A DNA stretch of 62,763 nucleotides, filler included, from Coriobacteriales bacterium (GTDB lineage Bacteria > Actinomycetota > Coriobacteriia > Coriobacteriales > UBA8131): the NCBI GenBank assembly GCA_031263105.1. It is 5 parts of 5 records of this genome, joined end to end, with 100 filler letters (N's around TTAATTAATTAA, not from the genome) between each part and the next. Parts side by side here need not be neighbours in the genome. Positions count along the whole stretch, not along the records: positions 1 to 10,016 come from JAISGJ010000198.1; 4 more parts are not named here. One strand, 5' to 3'. This document shows positions 1 through 8,485 of the stretch, piece by piece. A program made the translations under genes and the position numbers. Each line of letters begins with the position of its first letter. Position 1 is the stretch's first letter. The notes under the pieces are model-generated. The model saw only the letters and a program-made list of their open reading frames with translations, was not told the origin of the DNA and searched no databases.

Positions 1-109
1 TTTTTACCGCCGGGGCCGCCGATTTTATCCCCGCCGGCCCCCCACACCATTTTTCGTTTAACATGTTGTGCCCCGGCAACCCCCCTTGCCCCCCCCCCCC
101 CCCCCCCCC

Positions 110-256
110 ATCGCTCTCGACGCTCTCGACCGAGGGCGCGCAGCCCGCAATGCCGCCTGCCGTTGCGAGCACTGCGGTTGCGGCAAGGCTTGCCTTGACG
201 AAGCTGCGACGGTCGATCCCTGTTGACACGTGGGTACGTTCTGTCAAGTCACTCAT
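110..256 (-). CDS. N-terminus of a TAT-exported lipoprotein (probably a molybdopterin oxidoreductase catalytic subunit), truncated at the contig end
   Basis: Not in the ORF track. Minus strand from ATG 256 reads MSDLTERTHVSTGIDRRSFVKASLAATAVLATAGGIAGCAPSVES (RRSFVK twin-arginine motif, IAGC lipobox) behind a GAAAGG RBS, then runs into a poly-G/low-quality end. The product is inferred from the adjacent TorD chaperone and two-component system. Confidence 0.7.
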
Positions 257-290
257 TCGCCTTTCCTTTCCTCTGCTCTGCTCTGTTCCT

Positions 291-452
291 GTTACTGCTC
301 ACACCCCACTGTCATCCCGAGCCTGTCGAGGGATCCTCGACCGCGCAAGCGGTCGACCGCAGGTCGAGGGGCCCCTGGCCTGCCGTTGGACACTGCGTGT
401 CCAAAGATTCCTCGGCGAGCCTCGGAATGACAGTGGGGGCGTGAACTGTAAC
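291..452. mobile_element. MITE-like palindromic element (GTTAC...GTAAC family), copy 1
   Basis: Terminal inverted repeats GTTACTGCTCACACCCCACTGTCAT / ATGACAGTGGGGGCGTGAACTGTAAC enclose three hairpins; near-identical to the copies at 8196, 23003, 42890, 50255. Confidence 0.85.
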
Positions 453-511
453 AGTATAGGAAGCGGCACAGGAAATCACCATTAAGCCCCTCTTGATATT
501 CTCGAACAAAA

Positions 512-528
512 CCTTACGGGATCCTTAC
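512..528 (-). promoter_or_regulatory. Putative OmpR-family binding site (GTAAGG-N5-GTAAGG)
   Basis: CCTTAC at 512-517 and 523-528 (11-bp period), just downstream of the response regulator gene and upstream of the TAT gene. Confidence 0.5.
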
Positions 529-538
529 AGCCTCTCGC

Positions 539-1240
539 TCACACCTTCTCGGCGAACTTGTACCCTACGCGCCAGACCGTGAGGAGGTATTTGGGCTGAG
601 AGGGGTTCACCTCTATCTTCTCGCGGATGCGCCGGATGAAGACCGTGATGGAATCCTCGGACACCTCGCCGTCGTCGCCCCAGATATGGTGGTATATCTG
701 GCTGCGGGCGAAGACCTTGCCGGGGTTGGCCGCCAGGAGCGCGAGGATCTCGAACTCCTTGGAGGTAAGGTCCACGAGCACGCCGTCGAGGTGGACCTCG
801 TAGCGGTCGAAGATGATCTCCAGGTCGCCCATCTTGATGCTGCCGCCCTTGCTTGTGGGCTTTGTGAAGCTGATGTCCGACTTATGGCGGCGGATATGCG
901 CCTCGATGCGCAGCAGGAGCTCTTCCGTGTTGAAGGGCTTGACCACGTAGTCGTCGCCGCCCGCCTTGAAGCCGATGCTCTTGTCGACGATGTCGCCCTT
1001 GGCCGAGACGAAGATGATGGGTATGCGCCGTCCTGCCCCGCGTATGCGCGTGCAGAGGTCGAAGCCGTTCACGTTGGGCAGCATGACGTCCAGCAGCAGC
1101 AGGTCGGGCTTGGCCGACTCGAGGACCTTGAGGCCCTCGTCGCCGTTGAAGGATCCCACGAAGTCATAGCCCGCACTTCGCAGGATGCGCTCCAGCAGCG
1201 TATGCAGGTTCCTGTCGTCATCGATCAGCATGATCTTCAA
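539..1240 (-). CDS. OmpR/PhoB-family DNA-binding response regulator
   Basis: REC domain (LIDDD, LLLDVMLP, DDYVVKPF) plus winged-helix effector (LTSKEFEIL...TVWRVGYKF). Confidence 0.95.
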   Translation of the reverse strand: MKIMLIDDDRNLHTLLERILRSAGYDFVGSFNGDEGLKVLESAKPDLLLLDVMLPNVNGFDLCTRIRGAGRRIPIIFVSAKGDIVDKSIGFKAGGDDYVVKPFNTEELLLRIEAHIRRHKSDISFTKPTSKGGSIKMGDLEIIFDRYEVHLDGVLVDLTSKEFEILALLAANPGKVFARSQIYHHIWGDDGEVSEDSITVFIRRIREKIEVNPSQPKYLLTVWRVGYKFAEKV

Positions 1241-2903
1241 GGCCGACTCCTCTCTGTCGCGGGATACGAACGGTGAAGGTGCTGCCCTCGCCCAGTTCGC
1301 TCGCCACCTCCACGGTGCCGTTGTGCATCTGCGTGTATTCCTTCACAAGCGCAAGCCCCAGGCCCGTGCCGCCGAACTTCCGCGAATCCGACGAGTCGAT
1401 CTGTCGGAAGCGGTCGAATATCTCCTTCTGGTTCTCCCTCGCTATGCCGATGCCCGAGTCGGTGACGGCAAAGACGATCTCGTCCGTGTCCCCATCGAAC
1501 GTGACCTTGAGGGAGACGGTGCCGCCTTCAGGCGTGAACTTCACGGCGTTGGAGAGCAGGTTGACGAAGACGTGTTGGAGCTTGTCGAAGTCCGCCCGGA
1601 GCAGGGGGACGTCGCCGGCGATGTCGCAGGCATACGAGATGCCCTTGCGGTCTGCGAGCACACGGGTCAGAAGCTCGAGGGCGGCGGCAAGGTCGCCGAG
1701 GTCGACGAGCTCGCAGTTCAGCTCCGCCTTGCCCGCGTCGATGCGGCTCATGTCGAGGATGTCGTTGATGATGCCGAGCAACAGCTGGCTGTTCACGTCG
1801 ATCTCCGCGCAGATGTCGGCCGTGTCGGCGTCGGCGAGGTCATGGGCGTCGTGCGAGAGCATGTCCGCGAAGGCGATGATGGAGGTGAGCGGCGTGCGCA
1901 GCTCATGGCTCATCATGGCGAGGAAGTCCGACTTGTAGCGGTTCTCCTCGATGAGGCGATGATTGATGCCCTCCAGTTGGGCGCGCTGCTCCTTGAGCAG
2001 CTTGTTGGCCTCCGAGAGCCGTTGCGTGCGGTCGGTCACCTGGTTCTCGAGGTCGCTGTACATGGAGGCCAGCTCGTTGTTCATGCTGTTGAACTCATGC
2101 ACCAGTTCCGAGAGCTCCCGCGAGGTCTCCGTGGGCACCAGCTTGATGTCGAGGTCGCCCTTCTGCACCTGTTTCACGCCCGCCTGGATGCGGTTGAGCG
2201 GGCTTGCCACGAGGTACGAGAGCGCGAACCAGATGCACACGGAGAACAGCACGAGGAGCACGCTGAAGAAGATGATGTTCGAGACCACCGTGGACTGCTC
2301 GTTCTCCCGGTAGATGTCGAGCGGTATGACGATGCTGATCGCCCCGCCGACGTCGCCGATCTTCCAGCCCTCGCGCGGAAAGCCCGTGACGTCGAACGTG
2401 CCCGCAGGCTCGCCGTGGCAGTCCAGACAGTTCTCCTGTATCTGCATGGGCGCCGAGTAACGGAACACCTCTCTGCCGTCGAAGGTGGCGAACGCATGGT
2501 ACTCGGTGACGCGGGGGCCCTCAAGGAATGCCGTGAGCGCACGGGCCTCGAACGCATCGGGCGCATCGCTCGGGTTGCGCGGGTTGAAGTTGACAAAGCG
2601 CGTGGTGTAGTTCGTCTCCCTCGAGAAGATGAGCCCCACGCTGCGCCCCACGATGGCACAGTGCAGGCCCATGTAACTGCCCGTCTCCGTATAGGCGGCC
2701 TGCTCGAGCTGCTCCTGGTTGGCGGCAAGAAACGACCACATCGCTCCCATCTGCTGGGCAAGCACCTGCCCCTTCTCGACGAGCTCCGCCTCGGTCTGAC
2801 GCTGCTGCGTATGCGAGGTCCAGAAGTAGTTGGCCATGAAGGCGGCTGCCACCAGCACGGTCAGCAGCACGAGGAAGATAGTCCGCAGGCGCACCCTGGC
2901 CAT
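1218..2903 (-). CDS. Sensor histidine kinase with extracytoplasmic DUF3365/Tll0287-like heme-c-motif domain, HAMP, HisKA and HATPase
   Basis: Two TM segments; RNPSDAPDAFE and CLDCH in the sensor loop; MSHELRTPL H-box; NLLSNAVKF, DSGIGI, GGTGLGL. Confidence 0.92.
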   Translation of the reverse strand: MARVRLRTIFLVLLTVLVAAAFMANYFWTSHTQQRQTEAELVEKGQVLAQQMGAMWSFLAANQEQLEQAAYTETGSYMGLHCAIVGRSVGLIFSRETNYTTRFVNFNPRNPSDAPDAFEARALTAFLEGPRVTEYHAFATFDGREVFRYSAPMQIQENCLDCHGEPAGTFDVTGFPREGWKIGDVGGAISIVIPLDIYRENEQSTVVSNIIFFSVLLVLFSVCIWFALSYLVASPLNRIQAGVKQVQKGDLDIKLVPTETSRELSELVHEFNSMNNELASMYSDLENQVTDRTQRLSEANKLLKEQRAQLEGINHRLIEENRYKSDFLAMMSHELRTPLTSIIAFADMLSHDAHDLADADTADICAEIDVNSQLLLGIINDILDMSRIDAGKAELNCELVDLGDLAAALELLTRVLADRKGISYACDIAGDVPLLRADFDKLQHVFVNLLSNAVKFTPEGGTVSLKVTFDGDTDEIVFAVTDSGIGIARENQKEIFDRFRQIDSSDSRKFGGTGLGLALVKEYTQMHNGTVEVASELGEGSTFTVRIPRQRGVGLEDHADR

Positions 2904-2904
2904 A

Positions 2905-3579
2905 CTACTCGTCGGTCTTTCGCAGCTGCCCTAGGAGTCCTTCGACAAAACGCAGGTCGCAGCGTGCGAATCGCGCCACCAGCTCGGCGATCTGGGGATA
3001 CAGGCAGGTTGCAAGCGTGGCTGCGGCGACCCCGGTCGCAAAGGCATCGACCCATTGCAACAGGTGCTCCTTCAGAAAGGCCTGCGAGGCCCCCAGCGCA
3101 GAAGCGAGCAGCGCGTCGTCTGTGGCCTCTGCGGCCTCGTAGGCCCGGTGCGCGAGTGCCGCGAGGAAGTCGAGCTCGGTGGCGATATGGTCGTCGGGCT
3201 GTGCCTTGCGGCCTGCTGTCCGGAACCCCGCCTGCCGATAGGCCTCGCGCACCTCCAGCGTATGCTTCTGGAAGAGCAGGTCGTCGCCCGTGACGTGCAC
3301 GGACTCCCAAGGCGACACCGGCAGCCTGTCGGGCCCTATGAGCAGCTTCGTGTAGTCCGACTTCGCCTCTTGGGGAGACGGGAGGGCGGCAAAGGGGGCG
3401 GGCACGTCCCTGTCCGCATCCTCCAGGAGCTGTGCGACGGCCAGGGCGTCGCGGGTATGCCGGGAGCCGAGGGCATCAAGGAGCGCCTCGTCGGGCTCGT
3501 GGTTCAGCGCACGGCCGAACAAGGTGTAGAGGTAGTAGCGGTTTACCAGCGGGACACGTGCTGCCTCGTGCTCGATCAT
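2905..3579 (-). CDS. TorD/DmsD-family molybdoenzyme maturation chaperone
   Basis: SPWESVH and PDDHIATELDFL motifs, FLKEHLLQW. Confidence 0.9.
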   Translation of the reverse strand: MIEHEAARVPLVNRYYLYTLFGRALNHEPDEALLDALGSRHTRDALAVAQLLEDADRDVPAPFAALPSPQEAKSDYTKLLIGPDRLPVSPWESVHVTGDDLLFQKHTLEVREAYRQAGFRTAGRKAQPDDHIATELDFLAALAHRAYEAAEATDDALLASALGASQAFLKEHLLQWVDAFATGVAAATLATCLYPQIAELVARFARCDLRFVEGLLGQLRKTDE

Positions 3580-3774
3580 GGGCGCTGCCCTCCGTTGTCT
3601 GTGCGGATGGTCATGGGACGATCTCGCAGGAATTCCTCATCACTTCTCTCTCCTTCCTGCCATTATCCCTTTTTGGACAGGCCCTGTCATGGGTGGACAA
3701 AGAAATTGAGCGTGGAGAAATGCAGAGTAAGGATTGAGAAAGATTCTTCAGGGAAGTGGCGGCTGCCGCCTGTG

Positions 3775-5049
3775 CTACGGCACGTCCTGCCTCGCGGCCC
3801 GGGGGCCCTTTGGGTCTGCCGGGTCTGCCGCCGATGTCCCCGCCCACAAGACATCTGCGGGGACGAAACATATCTTTTCGCTGAAGCGCACGGTCTCCGT
3901 GCCCGCATAGAACACCACGCCGCACTTGAACTGCTCGGGATACCTGGCCTCCAGTTTGCGCAGCACCTTCAGATGGCCCATCGCGGGGGTGGCCGTGAAC
4001 TTGACCTCGCAGGCCGCTATCTCCTCGCGTTCGTTCTGCAGGATGAGATCGACCTCGTTCTTGTCGTAGTCCCTGAAGAAGCTCAACGAGTACTCCAGGT
4101 CCTTGTAGGCGTTCTGCTTGAGGATCTCGCCGATCACGAAATCCTCGAACAACGCCCCGTGATCCGGTCGTGCCCTGGTCAGATAGGATGCAAGGCCGGA
4201 GTCCAACAGATAGGCCTTCCTGTTCTTGATGACGGGGGAGGTCAGGTTCCTGCTCCACGGCTCCAACGCATGGACGAGGTACAGGGTGTCCAAGAGGGCT
4301 ATATAAGGCCTGAGCGTTGAGTTGGGGATTCCCAGGTCCCTGGACGCGTTGCTCACCACCAGCTCGGAGCCGATCAGCGAAGCCAGGTAGCGCAGTATCC
4401 TGGGCAGGTCGGCCAAGCGCCTCAGCTCCGAGATGTCCTTGGCGTCACGGTTGCTGATGAGCCGCAGGTAGTTCTTGAACCACTTGGGGCGGTCGTCGTC
4501 GTTGCGGGCTGTGGCCTCGGGATACGAGCCCTTCTCGATAAGCCCTACGTAGTCGTCTTTCGAGAGGCCGCTTCGATAGCCGTGCCCTGCGGAGGATTCG
4601 AACACGGTGGCCAAAAAATCGCTGTGCGTGCCATGGGTCTCCTCCTGCGAGAAGCCGTAGAGGTCGATGACCTCGGCCCTGCCGGCCAGTGACTCATCGA
4701 CCATGTCCAGCTCCAGCAGGTTGGCCGAACCCGTCAGCAGGAACTGCCCCGGACGGTTGTCAGAGTCCACCAGCAACTTGATTTCCGGGATCAGACCGGG
4801 CGCTTTTTGCACCTCGTCGATTATCAGAAGGCCGTCCGCGCCTTGTCGCAGGAAGGCCTTGGGATCGGTACGGGCGGCCTCGAGCAGGAAGCCGTCGTCC
4901 AAGGACACGTAGGTCGCACTCTGGCTTTCGCCGATTGCTTTTGCAAGGGTCGATTTGCCGACCTGACGCGACCCCAGAAGCTCCACGACCCGTGCGCGCA
5001 AAAGCGCGTCGAGAACCAAGTCGGTGGCTTTTCGTCTGATATATTGCAT
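3775..5049 (-). CDS. AAA+ ATPase with C-terminal DUF4143/PD-(D/E)xK-like domain
   Basis: GSRQVGKST Walker A, IIDEVQK, LTGSAN, ESLAGR, KAYLLDSGL, EVDLIL...CEVK. Confidence 0.9.
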   Translation of the reverse strand: MQYIRRKATDLVLDALLRARVVELLGSRQVGKSTLAKAIGESQSATYVSLDDGFLLEAARTDPKAFLRQGADGLLIIDEVQKAPGLIPEIKLLVDSDNRPGQFLLTGSANLLELDMVDESLAGRAEVIDLYGFSQEETHGTHSDFLATVFESSAGHGYRSGLSKDDYVGLIEKGSYPEATARNDDDRPKWFKNYLRLISNRDAKDISELRRLADLPRILRYLASLIGSELVVSNASRDLGIPNSTLRPYIALLDTLYLVHALEPWSRNLTSPVIKNRKAYLLDSGLASYLTRARPDHGALFEDFVIGEILKQNAYKDLEYSLSFFRDYDKNEVDLILQNEREEIAACEVKFTATPAMGHLKVLRKLEARYPEQFKCGVVFYAGTETVRFSEKICFVPADVLWAGTSAADPADPKGPRAARQDVP

Positions 5050-5078
5050 GGACACAAAGTAGCACAGACACTCTATCT

Positions 5079-5134
5079 CGTCAAACTTAGGAGCTTATTC
5101 CGTCAAATTCAGGACTTCTCTCCGTCAAATTTAG
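5079..5134. repeat. Three direct repeats of CGTCAAA(C/T)T(T/C)AG at 22-bp spacing
   Basis: CGTCAAACTTAG 5079, CGTCAAATTCAG 5101, CGTCAAATTTAG 5123, upstream of the AAA ATPase. Confidence 0.75.
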
Positions 5135-5257
5135 AGAGCAGGAAGGCAGGAAAAGGACGGGTAGACAGACGGAGGTGCCCTTGTTACCCTGTTCCCTGCA
5201 CGAAAGACAAGGGGCAGGGCCTACGGAAAGGCTCCGGTCGGAATCTAAAAGGAGTCG

Positions 5258-6241
5258 ATGATGACACGCAAAACCCTTACGCTCATAGCCTTGGCAGCGT
5301 TGGCGTTCACGCTGATTTTAAGCGCCTGCGGCGGACAGGGGGAGCCGGGGGGCGCAGGAGGGCCCGGAGACGCAGGAGCGCCGCAGGGTGCGGGCGCAGC
5401 CGTGCCCTCGGACGAGGGCAGGTCGGTCACCGTCACCGACATGACCGGGCGGACCGTCACCTTGGAGAGGCCTGCGGAGAAGGTCGTCGCGCTCACCGCC
5501 TCGTCCTGCGAGGTCGTCTACGCCCTCGGCGCGGGGCCTGCGGTCGTCGGGCGCGGCGAGTACTGCGACTGGCCGGCCGAGGCGCTGGAGGTGGAGGCCC
5601 TGCAGTCCGGGACGGAGACGAACGTCGAGCAGATCGTCGCACGTGCGCCCGACCTCGTGCTCATGGAGACGATGGGGCAGAACCCCGAGCAGGTCAAGCA
5701 GCTCGAGGAGGCCGACATCGCGGTCTACGCCTCGCAGGCGACCGACATCGCCGAGACCTATGAGTCCATCCTCCAGATAGGCACGCTCCTCGGCAGGGAC
5801 GCCGAGGCCGAGGAGCTCGTCGGCCAGATGAGGGCGACCTTCGACGAGCTCTCCTCCCAGAAAGTCGAGGGCACGGTCTACTTCGAGGTCAGCCCGCTCG
5901 AGTACGGCCTGTGGATCGCCGGCAGCGGCACCTTCATGAACGAGGTCGCCGAACTCATTGGGCTTGAGAACATCTTCTCAGACGTGGAGGGCTGGGCCGA
6001 GGTGTCCGAGGAGCAGGTGCTGGAGCGCGACCCCGGTTGCATCGTCACCATCGCCATGTACTTCGGCGAGGGGCCGCTGCCCGCAGACGAGATACGGGCG
6101 CGCCCCTCCTGGCAAGACGTCACCGCCGTCAGGGACGGCAGGATACTGAACCTCGCCGACAACGAGCTCTCGCGTCCCGGCCCCCGCCTTGCCGACGGCG
6201 CCCGCGCGCTGTACGACTTCGTCAGGGGAGACGATGGCTGA
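5258..6241 (+). CDS. ABC transporter substrate-binding lipoprotein, Fe-siderophore/cobalamin (BtuF-like) class
   Basis: Lipobox LSAC, VTDMTGRTVTL, NVEQIVARAPDLV, VTAVRDGRI, SRPGPRLADG; AGGAG RBS. Confidence 0.9.
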   Translation: MMTRKTLTLIALAALAFTLILSACGGQGEPGGAGGPGDAGAPQGAGAAVPSDEGRSVTVTDMTGRTVTLERPAEKVVALTASSCEVVYALGAGPAVVGRGEYCDWPAEALEVEALQSGTETNVEQIVARAPDLVLMETMGQNPEQVKQLEEADIAVYASQATDIAETYESILQIGTLLGRDAEAEELVGQMRATFDELSSQKVEGTVYFEVSPLEYGLWIAGSGTFMNEVAELIGLENIFSDVEGWAEVSEEQVLERDPGCIVTIAMYFGEGPLPADEIRARPSWQDVTAVRDGRILNLADNELSRPGPRLADGARALYDFVRGDDG

Positions 6242-6254
6242 TCATCGTCTCTTC

Positions 6255-6284
6255 GTAGGGGACGGCGTCCTCGGCGTCCCCTAC
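6255..6284. repeat. GTAG-type REP-like palindrome
   Basis: GTAGGGGACGGCGTCCTCGGCGTCCCCTAC; related copies at 30748-30773 and 59232-59257. Confidence 0.7.
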
Positions 6285-6339
6285 GGGCGAGGGACACGGG
6301 GCACATTGGACTCGCTGTCTGGCACACCAGGCATCGGTC

Positions 6340-7395
6340 GTGGGAAGGAGGAGCGTGAGGGGCACGGGCTTTAAGCCGTATATGTACGTCGTCTTTGGCG
6401 CGGCGACGCTCGTGGCGCTGCTTGTCAGCGTCGCGGTGGGCAGCGTCAGCGTTCCGCTGCCGGATGCCGTGCGCGCACTGTGGGATGCCCTGCAGAACAC
6501 CCTAGGCGGCACGGACGCTGCGCCCAGCAGCACGGCGAGCATCGTCACGAGCGTCCGCCTGCCCCGCGTGCTCTCTGCGGGACTCGTCGGCGCGGCGCTC
6601 GCCGTCAGCGGCTGCGCGATGCAGGGGCTCCTCAAGAATCCCCTGGCCGACGGCTCGACGCTCGGCGTGTCCGCCGGCGCCAGCCTGGGCGCGGTCGTCG
6701 CCATCGTCAGCGGCTTCACCTTGCCGCTGCTCCCCCTTGCGGGCACGACGGTGCTGGCATCCCTGTTCTCCTTCCTCTCGCTGCTCGCCATCCTCGCGCT
6801 CGCCTACCGGCTCGACCGCTCGCTCTCCACCGACACCATCATCCTCATCGGCATAATCTTCTCCATGTTCGCCTCGGCGCTGATGAGCGTCCTGGTCGTC
6901 TTCGCGGGCGAGCAGGCGGCCCGCATCGTGTTCTGGACCCTGGGCTCGCTCTCGGGCTCCACGTACCAGCACGTGGCGATGCTGGCGGTGGTCCTGGCGC
7001 TCTTCGGCGGGGCCCTCCTCTCGCTCCGGCGCGAGCTCAACGCCTTCGCCCTGGGAGAGGAGAACGCCCGGCACATCGGGGTCGATGTCCGGCACGTCAA
7101 GCTGCTCGTGCTCGTCTGCGTCTCGGCGCTGATCGGGACCTGCGTGTCCGTGAGCGGACCCATCGCCTTCGTCGGCCTGGTCACCCCGCACATGGCGAGG
7201 CTGCTCACGGGCCCGAACCACAGCCGCCTCATACCGGCAAGCCTGTTCGGCGGCGCGGTGTTCCTGATGCTCTCGGACCTCGTCGCCCGCACGGTGCTCA
7301 GCCCGCGCGAGCTGCCCATCGGCGTGGTGACCTCGCTTGTGGGGGCCGTCCTGTTCGTCCGCATCTTCTTTGCGACACGGGGGGCGCGGCAATGA
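6340..7395 (+). CDS. FecCD/BtuC-family ABC permease
   Basis: RLPRVL, MQGLLKNPLAD, GPIAFVGLVTPH, ELPIGVVT. Confidence 0.93.
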   Translation: MGRRSVRGTGFKPYMYVVFGAATLVALLVSVAVGSVSVPLPDAVRALWDALQNTLGGTDAAPSSTASIVTSVRLPRVLSAGLVGAALAVSGCAMQGLLKNPLADGSTLGVSAGASLGAVVAIVSGFTLPLLPLAGTTVLASLFSFLSLLAILALAYRLDRSLSTDTIILIGIIFSMFASALMSVLVVFAGEQAARIVFWTLGSLSGSTYQHVAMLAVVLALFGGALLSLRRELNAFALGEENARHIGVDVRHVKLLVLVCVSALIGTCVSVSGPIAFVGLVTPHMARLLTGPNHSRLIPASLFGGAVFLMLSDLVARTVLSPRELPIGVVTSLVGAVLFVRIFFATRGARQ

Positions 7396-8174
7396 GCATG
7401 CTCGAGGTGCGCAATCTCACCGTGCGCTACGGCGACGCCCTCATCGTCGACGACGTCAGCTTCTCTGTGGAGGAGGGCGAGCGCCTGCTCGTCGTCGGGC
7501 CGAACGGCGCAGGGAAGAGCACCCTCGTCAACGCGATCGCCCAGAGCGTGCCCTACCGGGGCGAGGTCCTCTGCGACGGCACCGACGTGAGAGGCCTCAA
7601 GCCGGTCGAGCGCGCCCGGCGGATCGGCATACTGGCGCAGGCCCACGCCGTCAACTACGCGTTCACCGTCGAGGAGGTCGTGGGCCTCGGGCGCTACGCG
7701 CGCTCGCGGGGCCCTCTCTCGCCCTACACGGACGAGGACGCCCGCGCCGTCGCCGAGGCGATGGGGCACTGCGGCCTCGGGAGCCTTGCAGGGCAGTCCG
7801 TGCTGACCCTCTCCGGCGGCGAGCTGCAGCGGGCCTTCCTGGCCCAGGCCCTCGCCCAGGACCCCCGCCTCCTCGTCCTCGACGAGCCGACGAGCCACCT
7901 CGACCTCGGCTACCAGAAGCGCGTCTTCGAGCTCCTCGACGGATGGCTCCAGATGCCGGGGAGGGCCGTGCTCGCAGTCGTGCACGACCTCGCCCTCGCA
8001 CGCAGCTTCGGCTCGCGCGTCATGCTCATGGACAAGGGGCGCATCCAGGCCCTGGGGCCGCCCGAGAAGGCGCTTGCGCCCGCCCTGCTGCGCCGCGTCT
8101 ACGACATGGACGTCGATGCCTGGATGCGCTCCCTGCTCGCCGCATGGGAGCAGGGGGAGCAAGAGAGGCGCTGA
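7392..8174 (+). CDS. ABC transporter ATP-binding subunit (FecE/BtuD-like)
   Basis: ATGA overlap with permease stop; GPNGAGKST, LSGGELQR, LDEPTSHLD (3' part of ORF 6480..8174). Confidence 0.93.
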   Translation: MSMLEVRNLTVRYGDALIVDDVSFSVEEGERLLVVGPNGAGKSTLVNAIAQSVPYRGEVLCDGTDVRGLKPVERARRIGILAQAHAVNYAFTVEEVVGLGRYARSRGPLSPYTDEDARAVAEAMGHCGLGSLAGQSVLTLSGGELQRAFLAQALAQDPRLLVLDEPTSHLDLGYQKRVFELLDGWLQMPGRAVLAVVHDLALARSFGSRVMLMDKGRIQALGPPEKALAPALLRRVYDMDVDAWMRSLLAAWEQGEQERR

Positions 8175-8195
8175 GCCGGGCACCGCCGCACATGG

Positions 8196-8377
8196 GTTAC
8201 AGTTCACACCCCACTGTCATCCCGAGCCCGCCGAGGGATCCTCGACCGCGCAAGCGGTCGACCGCAGGTCGAAGGGCCCTGCGACCTGCCGTTGGACACT
8301 GCGTGTCCAAAGAGTCCTCGGCTGCGCTCGGAATGACAGTGGGGGGTCGGAATGACAGTGGGGGTGTGAACTGTAAC
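8196..8377. mobile_element. MITE-like palindromic element, copy 2
   Basis: GTTACAGTTCAC...GTGAACTGTAAC termini; flanks GCACATGG (8188-8195) and GCACATGA (8378-8385), a 7/8 direct repeat. Confidence 0.88.
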
Positions 8378-8485
8378 GCACATGACAGACTGTCAGACGA
8401 AGCGGCAGGGCGGCGGGGCAAGGCAGGGCGCCGCCCTGCTGGGGTCGTCGGATGAAGCGTGGCGCCTTATCCGACGTGCGATGTC

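Noticed and set aside
1..109. Poly-C/G and scrambled sequence at contig ends (also 9794-10016, 10117-10190, 19807-19827)
   Set aside because: Likely low-quality read tails or homopolymer artefacts; ORFs there are not credible
63..509. Recurring small ORFs with HCHPEP / TVIPS / LSSRA peptides (also near 8200, 23000, 30450, 42900, 50300, 58700, 59300)
   Set aside because: Translations of the non-coding palindromic repeat; no consistent start or RBS
1185..3293. Long antisense or alternate-frame ORFs (also 16478-18862, 24557-27538, 27420-30383, 50120-51823, 53135-55804)
   Set aside because: Shadow ORFs expected from high-GC codon bias opposite well-supported genes; no recognisable motifs
5135..5257. 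Cobalamin riboswitch upstream of the BtuF-like operon
   Set aside because: No recognisable B12-box or conserved core by eye; an Infernal/Rfam search would be needed
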